Origin: a virus
Reading direction: 5' to 3' (one strand)
Length of the DNA: 64,000 nt
IMG/VR virus record: IMGVR_UViG_3300045988_100160
Location: 804 to 64,803 of that record
The notes beneath the pieces are model-generated. The model did not search any database. It saw only the letters and a list, made by a program, of their open reading frames with translations, and was not told where the DNA came from. The position numbers and the translations under genes were made by a program. Below are positions 24,128-32,424 of this stretch, one piece after another. The number at the start of each line of letters is the position of its first letter. The first letter of the stretch is position 1.

Positions 24128-25013
24128 GTAACCTCCTGTGGTGTTCAATAATATTCTTCCCAAGTTCATATATAATCGGAATAGACACGGAATTACCAGC
24201 TTGTTTATACAATTGTGCGTTCGATTGTATCTTTGCACAGGTATCAAACTGTTGGTCTGTAAATCCTTGTAATCGCCAGAATTCTCTAGGGGTCAACTTG
24301 CGTATTACATTAGGATTGCGACTTAATAATATCTTTGGTTCAATACCACCGCCCTTGACACACGTCAAAGTTGGGGATAACCCATGTGGTGAATATATGC
24401 GACCTCGTTGTGGATTGCCAACAAAAGAAGTCGTATTGATTATGTTTCCGACTTGAACAATAGATTGTTCGCTTTGGTTTGGTCTGTATAAAATGTCTTC
24501 GGTACATCCGTTTCCAAGATGTCCGATAATGTACACCCTTTCACGGTTTTGTGGTAGTCCAAAGTCTTTTGTGTTATACACACGCCATGCGATACTGTAC
24601 CCTGCTTTGTCCATTTCAGACAAAACCGAGTAAAATCCACATCCGTTGTCAATTGACAAGAGGTTTTTAACATTCTCAATAAGCAACCATTGGGGTTTAT
24701 GTTTTGTTTCATGTAATAGCCTCGTAATCTGATAAAACAAACCACTTCGAGTGTTTTCCATGCCGTGTTTAAGACCAGAAATGGATACCGACTGGCATGG
24801 AAAACCACCGCACCACAGGTCTGCATACGGCATCTCTGTACCGTTTAATGCACGAATACCTGGTGAAAACCAAAGATTATCCGTTGGGTATAACGCACGG
24901 TATGATGCTTGTGCGTATTTGTCTTGTTCGCACCAACCAATGCACTCCATGCCAGCTTTGGTTAAGCCAGAGTGGAAACCGCCGATACCAGCGAATAAAT
25001 CAATGAATTTCAT
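24114..25013 (-). CDS. dcm: DNA (cytosine-5)-methyltransferase
   Basis: Motif I DLFAGIGGF, motif IV GGFPCQ, motif VI ENV and motif X GNSV, all in order. Confidence 0.9.
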   Translation of the reverse strand: MKFIDLFAGIGGFHSGLTKAGMECIGWCEQDKYAQASYRALYPTDNLWFSPGIRALNGTEMPYADLWCGGFPCQSVSISGLKHGMENTRSGLFYQITRLLHETKHKPQWLLIENVKNLLSIDNGCGFYSVLSEMDKAGYSIAWRVYNTKDFGLPQNRERVYIIGHLGNGCTEDILYRPNQSEQSIVQVGNIINTTSFVGNPQRGRIYSPHGLSPTLTCVKGGGIEPKILLSRNPNVIRKLTPREFWRLQGFTDQQFDTCAKIQSNAQLYKQAGNSVSIPIIYELGKNIIEHHRRLHGNE

Positions 25014-25027
25014 ACAGACCTCCTGTG

Positions 25028-25243
25028 TTATATCTTTATGGTTTTTAACCTTGGTCGTATCTCATAACCAATACCACCATCAATATCTCGAATAAACCGA
25101 ACATCGACCAAGTGAGAGATATCACTCACAGGCAGTTTACGCAATTCTTCTTCGGTATAATGGGATGCCAAATGCAGCAACAATGCCATATCAAGACTCT
25201 TGCGAACATTTGTGGCAAACGCTCGTGTAACCCATTGTAACAT
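25028..25243 (-). CDS. hypothetical small protein (start uncertain)
   Basis: Track ORF trimmed to the first ATG downstream of the upstream stop. No clear RBS. Confidence 0.3.
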   Translation of the reverse strand: MLQWVTRAFATNVRKSLDMALLLHLASHYTEEELRKLPVSDISHLVDVRFIRDIDGGIGYEIRPRLKTIKI

Positions 25244-25259
25244 ATCCAAACGTGGTTCG

Positions 25260-25982
25260 TCAACGTACAAATTGTGGTTCAATGACTTTGTGGATTTCAA
25301 CTTGATGTTTTGGTCTATAGACGGCACAGTATAATTCGTCTCCAACAAAGTCAAAATCTTCTGGCTCAATGTCTTTTGGGATTTCATATGTGTCCATCTC
25401 TTTCGTAAAACGATTGTACACCAACAGGTGTGTCATATTAGTAAACACAAGTATTTGACCTTGAGATAACGCACCATTGTTATTAATATCTTCGTTGAAA
25501 CAATCAAGTTGATATTCATGAGAAAACTTTGGTTTTGCATCCAAGTAATCACATGTGTACTCTTGAATTAAACGCATGTTTTTCTTGAATGGTCGAATGG
25601 ATGTGAATGTCTTATAGAATGAGTCGTAAGCCACGTTAAATACCTTGTGTGGCATCTTAATGGTTTCCTGAACTTCAAATGTCTCTGCATCGAGTACAGT
25701 CAACAAGAACCCATCAACAGTTGCATTTGTCGTGTAGATAACATCCAAGTCGTCACGATAAGACAACGTGTTCATATGACCCAAGCGTGGCTTATCTTTA
25801 AACCGTTTTTTGTATACGACCGTACCACAATCGGTACATACACGCATAATATCTTGTGTTTGGTTGTCACTTGAAATGGTTGCGATAACGAATTTATTAC
25901 GCTTGGTGTCGTAACAGAAACCCTGACATTGGTTGACAGGTGCTTCCAATGGGATTTTGGTAATTAATTGTGTTTTTAACAT
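25260..25982 (-). CDS. hypothetical protein (240 aa)
   Basis: Track ORF with a GGAGAC RBS. Confidence 0.55.
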   Translation of the reverse strand: MLKTQLITKIPLEAPVNQCQGFCYDTKRNKFVIATISSDNQTQDIMRVCTDCGTVVYKKRFKDKPRLGHMNTLSYRDDLDVIYTTNATVDGFLLTVLDAETFEVQETIKMPHKVFNVAYDSFYKTFTSIRPFKKNMRLIQEYTCDYLDAKPKFSHEYQLDCFNEDINNNGALSQGQILVFTNMTHLLVYNRFTKEMDTYEIPKDIEPEDFDFVGDELYCAVYRPKHQVEIHKVIEPQFVR

Positions 25983-26446
25983 GGGATGTCTCCAATGTCA
26001 TAAAATGTATCGTGCAAGAATAGACTCCCATCTGGTTGAATACCATAATGGTCTACTTTGAAATAACCATTGTCATATTCTCTGGAGAAACCACCTAATT
26101 GTTCATATCTTGCGTTCAAAATCTTGTATTGCAAGAACAACTCTTGATGTTCTTGTGAGAACAACGCAATAATCTTTGGGTAGTCCGTTGGATTATCCAA
26201 GAAATCATCAAAAGAAATATCTTCGTTTAAAACAACTTGACCATATAATTTATGCAATTCATATCCATCCAACTCTTGTAACTTGGATGTCAAGAACTGG
26301 TATTCGATGTCTTCTGCTGCTGATTTTGCAATGAGTTCTTCCCATTGTTGTTTTACTGACATCATGTCTGTAAACATATAAGATGGACTTTCGAAATAAT
26401 CCTCGTATTCACCTTGGCAATACACCAGTAAAAACATATCTGTCAT
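25976..26446 (-). CDS. hypothetical acidic protein
   Basis: Track ORF. Confidence 0.55.
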   Translation of the reverse strand: MTDMFLLVYCQGEYEDYFESPSYMFTDMMSVKQQWEELIAKSAAEDIEYQFLTSKLQELDGYELHKLYGQVVLNEDISFDDFLDNPTDYPKIIALFSQEHQELFLQYKILNARYEQLGGFSREYDNGYFKVDHYGIQPDGSLFLHDTFYDIGDIPC

Positions 26447-26450
26447 TTAA

Positions 26451-26759
26451 TCACCACCCAATCGTTTGCAAACTCATCTTGTGGCTCTGGTGTGTAAATA
26501 CCGATGTATCTGCCATTTGTGTCAACAGATAAGAAAACTTTTCTTGTGGTGTAGACAATGTTTGTTCTTTCCATACATAATCTACGAAGTGAACTTCCCA
26601 AGACTGGTCGTTAAACATCGGTGTAAATCCAAGGACACCAAACTGTTGTGTAATCGTTTGTGTTTGTGGCGGTCTAGCCAATTGTAATCTTGCGACATAT
26701 GCCATAGAATGACAAGAAGAACTATTGGTTTCAAACACGCCCTGTCTAATCAGTTTCAT
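26451..26759 (-). CDS. hypothetical protein with N-terminal GVFETNSSSCHS motif
   Basis: Trimmed to ATG 26759 after cACAGGGGGtatctc. This removes the 190-nt overlap shown in the track. Confidence 0.5.
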   Translation of the reverse strand: MKLIRQGVFETNSSSCHSMAYVARLQLARPPQTQTITQQFGVLGFTPMFNDQSWEVHFVDYVWKEQTLSTPQEKFSYLLTQMADTSVFTHQSHKMSLQTIGW

Positions 26760-27663
26760 GAGATACCCCCTGTGTTTCACAGCATTGAAAATACGAACGT
26801 AAATCCGTTTCATTGAAATGTTTAATACCGTTTCTTGTCCGACTTGATGGAGCAAAATATTGTTCAACGGCATTAATATACATAGAGTGTTCACCTTGGT
26901 AAAAGGTTTCGTACTCTTCTGTAGATATTTTACCACGGATTTCTAATTGTTGCAACCCCAAGTTATCGAATGATACAACATCGAATATTTTCGTTAATTG
27001 CATAACATTAGATTTCCATTCGATATGACTTGGGGTGTTCAAATTGACTTTACCTGTGTTGAAGCCAAAGTCCTTTTCCCCAAGGATTAATAACTTACGG
27101 TATTTAACCCCAAGTTCAACCACATCGTTAAAGTCGTCAATACCATTAATTACATGGATAACCGTGTGTGGATAATCTGCAATCCAATCTGGTAGCGATA
27201 AACACCCCTGTAAGGAGCGATAAGAGATGCCAAGACCAAATATGTATGGCTTTAGTTGTAACAACCCTGTATCGCCAAATTCAGTAATATAACGCTCGTT
27301 CATAGTGATATTGACAATCAACCCAAGTTTCCATAAGTTCTTAACGAATTGGATTAAATCTGGTGTTACTTCATTGACACCCAATGCAATCTCAGTTCCT
27401 CTAGGGAGTTTTGCATCGATTAATACCTGTTGTAGAATACCATAGTGACATTCTTGTCCATTCACTAGGGCAGACTCGTGACAAAATGCACAAGTAGATT
27501 TTTGTGTTACCGTGTTATAACCATATGGACATTGTGTAGACACACGAATATCAATATTGAGTGGTGTATCTAGTGTTAAATCCTGATGGTCTGGGTATTC
27601 GATAATGCGTGTGCCATCTCGTAAATCCAGCCAAATATTGGCATTTCCGTTTGTATATTTCAT
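26746..27663 (-). CDS. Cys-cluster protein, possibly a radical-SAM-like enzyme (C-x12-C-x2-C)
   Basis: Trimmed to ATG 27663 after tACAGGAGAaaaatc. DIRVSTQCPYGYNTVTQKSTCAFCHES resembles an insertion-type Fe-S motif. The canonical CxxxCxxC is absent. Confidence 0.45.
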   Translation of the reverse strand: MKYTNGNANIWLDLRDGTRIIEYPDHQDLTLDTPLNIDIRVSTQCPYGYNTVTQKSTCAFCHESALVNGQECHYGILQQVLIDAKLPRGTEIALGVNEVTPDLIQFVKNLWKLGLIVNITMNERYITEFGDTGLLQLKPYIFGLGISYRSLQGCLSLPDWIADYPHTVIHVINGIDDFNDVVELGVKYRKLLILGEKDFGFNTGKVNLNTPSHIEWKSNVMQLTKIFDVVSFDNLGLQQLEIRGKISTEEYETFYQGEHSMYINAVEQYFAPSSRTRNGIKHFNETDLRSYFQCCETQGVSHETD

Positions 27664-27683
27664 GATTTTTCTCCTGTAATAAA

Positions 27684-27938
27684 TCAACCAATGTACTTAT
27701 CGTTAATCTCAAGTAGACTGTGTGGTATAACCTGTAAGTCGTAATCCTTGTATTTAACCAACACCATAGCAACCAAGGCCGTCACCATTCGGCATACACT
27801 TAAAATGCCAAAGATGCCAATCGTCAATGCAATGAGCGTTGGTTGTTGCATATTTAACACCAACAGTAAAATCACATATAGTGTCCAATACAGAACACGA
27901 AAGGTAAATACTGGATGTTGTTCAATTAGTTTTTTCAT
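27684..27938 (-). CDS. small membrane protein (2 TM)
   Basis: Track ORF with an ACAGGAGA RBS. Confidence 0.5.
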   Translation of the reverse strand: MKKLIEQHPVFTFRVLYWTLYVILLLVLNMQQPTLIALTIGIFGILSVCRMVTALVAMVLVKYKDYDLQVIPHSLLEINDKYIG

Positions 27939-28659
27939 GTTTTATCTCCTGTTGTAATAAAAAATCGCCCCATTGTTTAGCCATCGCATCTGCCATGCCC
28001 TTGAAAGTCTTAGAGCGTAACCGTCTACGTTCTTCGGCAGATTTTGTTTCGGTCAATGCATCTGAAATCCATTTTTGCATACGCTTGCCACTTTTAAAAG
28101 TAAGCGTCTCACCCTCGTCTACGACATTCGTAGATTCTAACAGCGGTAAACCCTTGAGCCATAAACATGTTGTTTACCGTGCTTGGTCGCCAAACATAAA
28201 TGGTTGAACGATTTGGTCTGGCTTGCGGTATCTCGTTGACATAACACCAACAGGGTTTTCTACCGCAATATAATCAATGTTTGTATTCATAAGTGCCATA
28301 AAGAAGTTTGCACCATCTTCTTGGTCTTGCTTACGATTTGGAAACTTTGGATGTGGTCTGCGGTCTTTAATCGGAAGATGTTTGTCCTTAGGATGATAAT
28401 ACCATTTTGCACCACTAGATGTCAAGTATGTGCATGGCGGATGTGCAATCATGAGGTGCCATTTATCGACAAACACAAGATTACCGCTTTGGGTAACACC
28501 GCCTTTACGCTTGATTACTTGTAGTGCATCATCTTGGATATGCCACTCTGGATGTCCACCAGAGCATTCAACCAAGTCACAGCTATAGGCGTTAAACCCA
28601 AGTTTTCTAAAGGCTGCACAAACGGTTTGAGACTCTTCGCATGCAATTAATACATTCAT
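27922..28659 (-). pseudogene. Dcm-like (C5-MTase-fold, no FxGxG) gene interrupted by an in-frame TAA at 28174-28176
   Basis: The track ORF ends ...QPFMFGDQAR. The same frame then continues for 83 sense codons: TTCLWLKGLPLLESTNVV...RSKTFKGMADAMAKQWGDF. PPCT and ENP motifs lie upstream. Confidence 0.6.
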
Positions 28660-28829
28660 TAGAACTCAACCTCCTGCACCCATTGCTCCAAATAATCAAA
28701 ACCTGTTCCATCTAGCACTTCTAATGAAAAGTACTTTTTACCATCTTTCACAATGGCTTTATTTTCGCAATAAGCGGTAATATCGTTTGAACCGAATAAA
28801 TCTTCATAAGATACAACTTTCATTTTCAT
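28659..28829 (-). CDS. small ORF (56 aa), below the track cutoff
   Basis: Hand translation gives MKMKVVSYEDLFGS...EQWVQEVEF. ATGA overlap with the primase stop and TAATG overlap with the next start. Confidence 0.45.
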   Translation of the reverse strand: MKMKVVSYEDLFGSNDITAYCENKAIVKDGKKYFSLEVLDGTGFDYLEQWVQEVEF

Positions 28830-29746
28830 AATTCAACCTCCTGTTTCGGATATTTAACAACACGCACGTTTAACTCTGGTGCGTACTTATTGATGTCTTC
28901 TCGTGTCTTTAATAATGCCTTTCGACCTGTCGCATCACACTCTGGATTATCAACAGCCAATGCGAATGTGATATCTCCATTATATCGCTTTTGCAACTCC
29001 CAGAGTAAACCGATTTGGTCTTTAGTTAAGCGACCACCAAGATACCCAACACATGGTACACCTTGTTGATGTGCTGACATAACATCGAGATAACCCTCGG
29101 CAACATGCAGTACACCGTTTGGTTTTAACATCTTAATAGCACGATGATAATTAAACAATAGTTGTCGTTTAATGAACACATCGTCTTCTCTTGTGTTTTT
29201 GTACTTAGGTTCATTGGTCTCCTCTAGTCGTCTCTTGGAAAATCCAACGATACGACCATAGGCATCTTGAATTGGAATGACAATCCCTGAAGATTGCACT
29301 CCCAAGAAACCACCAGCATCATAGCCAATCAAGAACTCGTCTAGGATTGCATCATTGATACCACGCTTGATATTCATGTATTCACGAACGGCATCAACAG
29401 CTTTGTGATACTTCATGGCAACCTTAGTGTTTTGACCTACGATGCTTTTCTGCTTTTGGTATGTTGGGTCATCTGTTGATACCTCGTACTTTTCTGCCAA
29501 GGCTTCTACCGCTTGATAGAACGGAAGACCCTCTACTTCTGCATAGAAACCGATGGCATCACCAGATGAACCACATCGGTGACAATAGTATCGGTCACCC
29601 AAGATACAGAACTCTGTTGGGTTATCCCCATGACAAATAGGACATGTTCCTCGTGGCACTTTACCGCCGTTTCGTGATAACGTGGTGTATTCTTCCACGA
29701 GTTCTTGTATATCTATCTTATATCGTAGTGTTGAGATTGTGTTCAT
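28826..29746 (-). CDS. dnaG: DnaG-type DNA primase (zinc ribbon plus TOPRIM)
   Basis: CPICHGDNPTEF...CHRCGSSGD zinc-binding motif, TOPRIM AEGYLDV, and a downstream acidic VDNPECDATG. Confidence 0.8.
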   Translation of the reverse strand: MNTISTLRYKIDIQELVEEYTTLSRNGGKVPRGTCPICHGDNPTEFCILGDRYYCHRCGSSGDAIGFYAEVEGLPFYQAVEALAEKYEVSTDDPTYQKQKSIVGQNTKVAMKYHKAVDAVREYMNIKRGINDAILDEFLIGYDAGGFLGVQSSGIVIPIQDAYGRIVGFSKRRLEETNEPKYKNTREDDVFIKRQLLFNYHRAIKMLKPNGVLHVAEGYLDVMSAHQQGVPCVGYLGGRLTKDQIGLLWELQKRYNGDITFALAVDNPECDATGRKALLKTREDINKYAPELNVRVVKYPKQEVEL

Positions 29747-30356
29747 ACCAATTATATTCCTCCTGTAGTTTTTTAATCAAAGTATTCATCTCATAATCTA
29801 TTGTATCATCAAAACAACACTTTAGCAAGTATAATGTGTTAACTAGTTCTCTCACAGGGACAGGCTTGTTGTCTCTGACTTCTATAAGCGGTAGATACTC
29901 ACTAATCGGCTCAACGTGTGTAATGAATTTTGGGCTAACCGAACAGTTGCGAACAACTCGTTCACGGTCAACTAGATATAACTCCTCAAATGGACTATAT
30001 GGATTTTCCACATGCTCCAACACACTCAATAGTTGTTGATACGATGTTTCAATACTACGGACAATCTCCTCAGCATTATCAAAAGAACCTTTGATGGTTG
30101 CTCTGCGTTTATTGATAAATTGAGACACAGGCATTTGTTTATGTGTCATAGCAGACTTTTCACTAAGATAACAAAAGTCTTTATGTCTAAGAGATGTCAA
30201 GTATTCTCCATTAGATAGAATCAATAAACCGTCATCTGTTGGTTGTATTGTTTGATACCCATGTTCATAAATTAGCTCCATCAACTTTATTAGATTCTTT
30301 CGTATATCCAGTGAGTACAATAAATGAAAGTATCTTAAATTGTCTTCAATCTTCAT
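29718..30356 (-). CDS. hypothetical protein (replication module)
   Basis: Track ORF with an ACAGGAGG RBS. Confidence 0.55.
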   Translation of the reverse strand: MKIEDNLRYFHLLYSLDIRKNLIKLMELIYEHGYQTIQPTDDGLLILSNGEYLTSLRHKDFCYLSEKSAMTHKQMPVSQFINKRRATIKGSFDNAEEIVRSIETSYQQLLSVLEHVENPYSPFEELYLVDRERVVRNCSVSPKFITHVEPISEYLPLIEVRDNKPVPVRELVNTLYLLKCCFDDTIDYEMNTLIKKLQEEYNWYEHNLNTTI

Positions 30357-30357
30357 G

Positions 30358-30798
30358 TTACCCCCAATAATTTAAATCTGACATTTCCCATATCTCAAGC
30401 TCTGTCTCTGGATGTGGCTTGCGAATAATAAATATAAACGTCTCGTTCTTCATGTAGTCAAAGATAAACAAATATGAACGCTTATCTCTTTGATATGAGC
30501 CAAAGCCAATATGTTCGATATTCCAATTTCGTGCAAAAGGTCTTATTTCTTCTTCAAACACAATCCTGAGTGCATTGCCGACCAACTGATAATCAAATGG
30601 CTTGTGAGTATCTGCAATAGATTCTAATTTGAGAAATACTTCTTCTTTATTTGCTGTTTTTAGCTTGGCTAAATATTTATGGCTATTGAGTCTAGTGAAG
30701 AATGTATTCACATTTATATCTTCAATTTTTCTCTTTGGCGTTGGTTTCTTCTTGTTAACAACCAAGAACCCTAGTTGGTTAACTCTACGCATTGTCAT
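30358..30798 (-). CDS. hypothetical protein (replication module)
   Basis: Track ORF. Confidence 0.55.
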   Translation of the reverse strand: MTMRRVNQLGFLVVNKKKPTPKRKIEDINVNTFFTRLNSHKYLAKLKTANKEEVFLKLESIADTHKPFDYQLVGNALRIVFEEEIRPFARNWNIEHIGFGSYQRDKRSYLFIFDYMKNETFIFIIRKPHPETELEIWEMSDLNYWG

Positions 30799-31123
30799 CT
30801 AACCATTTCTTAATGTCAAACTGTTTACGTTCTCTAACGGTTGTGTTTGTATTAGCTTTTGCGAATTGAACTGCATTTAACTCGTTTGCCTGAATAAATA
30901 GGTCGGTTAAAGACATCTCTTTATATTCCAACGAGTTCATGTATTTATGTAACTTCAACATAGAGTTTTCGTCAACCTGCATAAAGAATGAGCGAACTTT
31001 AAAGAACTCAGATGTTGGTTTGTTATTTTTGAACGCACCATTTTTGGTACACTTTTTAAAGTATTGCATGGCGAGTGTCCATGCTTTTTTCTTTGGTTCT
31101 TGTTTTTCAAAGTCGGTTGCCAT
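30785..31123 (-). CDS. hypothetical basic protein next to the iteron region
   Basis: Track ORF with a gACAGGAGGaacatc RBS. Confidence 0.55.
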   Translation of the reverse strand: MATDFEKQEPKKKAWTLAMQYFKKCTKNGAFKNNKPTSEFFKVRSFFMQVDENSMLKLHKYMNSLEYKEMSLTDLFIQANELNAVQFAKANTNTTVRERKQFDIKKWLDDNA

Positions 31124-31404
31124 GATGTTCCTCCTGTCTGATAAATAGTTTGTTTCTGACTTGTTGTACCATCATTATAGCATACCTGTATTACCAAGTC
31201 AAGGAAGTTTTTATCTGACTAAGAAAAATACAATCGGCTTGCCGATTATTGCGAAGCAATTCATATGGTTTGTCGTGTATCTTATGTTATTCGAACGTAG
31301 TGAGAATACATAAGATACCAAACAAGTATTCCACTACTGTATGAAAACCTTAAGTAGAAAAACAGAGAGTGAAAACATATGTATGGGGAACAACAGTTTT
31401 AAGA

Positions 31405-31530
31405 CCAAAGTATTAATAACCAAGGTATGAACAACCAATGTATTCCATACCAACGTTTTAATCCAAAGGTATTCATACACAAGTATACTTAGGTATTAAT
31501 ACACAGGTATATTCTTATGTATTAATACTA
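31405..31530. repeat. iteron array: about 9 copies of CAAnGTATT / GTATTAATAC at 10-15 bp spacing
   Basis: The run reads aagtattaataac, aggtatgaacaac, tgtattccatac, ggtattcatacac, aagtatactt, ggtattaatacac, ggtatattcttatg, tgtattaatacta. It sits inside the 570-bp ORF-free gap 31124-31693. Confidence 0.7.
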
Positions 31531-31693
31531 AGGTTTGATAGGGTATCACAAAAGTCTAAATTTGTCAAGGATAAATATCACAATTTTACACAAAATTTTA
31601 GACATAAGAATTACATTGTTTGAACGCCAAAATACCCAAGCCGTATTTGACTTGGGTTGATTTTGGTTCTCAATATTTGATTGTTAATCTTTG

Positions 31694-32299
31694 TTAGAAT
31701 GGGATGGAGTCATCCTCGGAGCCACCAAAAGTGTCTCCCATAGCAGAACCACCAAAGGATTGAACACTATCGGATGCAGAACCACCGAACGCACCGCCAG
31801 AGCCACCTGTGATTAAGTCGATGATTTGAATACCCTTGAGTTTGAGTGAAACACCGTACATTGTTGGTGTTTCATACGGTCTTGCACCCAACCATAATGC
31901 AACTTTAGAGCCTTTCCAAATTTGTGTTTTGGTGTCCATTGGTTTTTTGTTGCCATCAACTAATTGGATGATGTTCTCATGAACTGTACCGTTTTTGTCA
32001 GTAAACTCAGTCTTAGTAGTCGCCTTTAATTGCCATCCGTACTGTTTAGATTTAGTTAATGGGAACTTAGGTCTATCAACCTCTTTTTCTTCGTCTACAC
32101 GAGAGTTATGGGTTTCGGATTGCTCCCAGATGCCCATCAACTGTTGTTGTAACGCTTTGGCATCTGCATCATCCAGTTTAATGGTAATGGTATATTTGTT
32201 TTGACCCATGTAGTCGTCAACGACACCATTAATCTTACAGAATACAGACTCACCAACAGGAGTCACAACATCCACGATTTTTTCGTTTACTTTTGCCAT
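31694..32299 (-). CDS. ssb: single-stranded DNA-binding protein
   Basis: Trimmed to MAKVNEKIV (ATG 32299). Gly-rich tail ending in the canonical acidic DDSIPF. Confidence 0.85.
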   Translation of the reverse strand: MAKVNEKIVDVVTPVGESVFCKINGVVDDYMGQNKYTITIKLDDADAKALQQQLMGIWEQSETHNSRVDEEKEVDRPKFPLTKSKQYGWQLKATTKTEFTDKNGTVHENIIQLVDGNKKPMDTKTQIWKGSKVALWLGARPYETPTMYGVSLKLKGIQIIDLITGGSGGAFGGSASDSVQSFGGSAMGDTFGGSEDDSIPF

Positions 32300-32353
32300 A
32301 TGCTTTTGTTCCTTTCCGTTCGGAAAATACTTTTGAAGTTCAATCAACTTCAC

Positions 32354-32382
32354 TTGCAATTATACACCACTTGTGATATAAT
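32354..32382 (+). promoter_or_regulatory. promoter TTGCAA-17-TATAAT for dnaE
   Basis: -35 at 32354-32359 and -10 at 32377-32382, with TG at -15/-14. It lies 43 nt upstream of the ATG. Confidence 0.7.
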
Positions 32383-32424
32383 GTCAATAACGAATAAAAA
32401 TGTTTTCAAACAGGAGGTAAAAAT

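Noticed and set aside
26746-27663. Calling this gene a radical SAM enzyme (or QueE)
   Set aside because: The canonical CxxxCxxC is absent. Only a C-x12-C-x2-C resemblance exists, and no other 7-deazaguanine pathway genes are seen. It is kept as a hypothesis only.
31248-31260. 13-bp reverse-complement match attgcgaagcaat (31248) / attgcttcgcaat (60987) as a long-range recombination site
   Set aside because: A 13-mer match somewhere in 64 kb on either strand is expected by chance many times over. Only the adjacent 19-mer similarity is retained, inside the ori finding.
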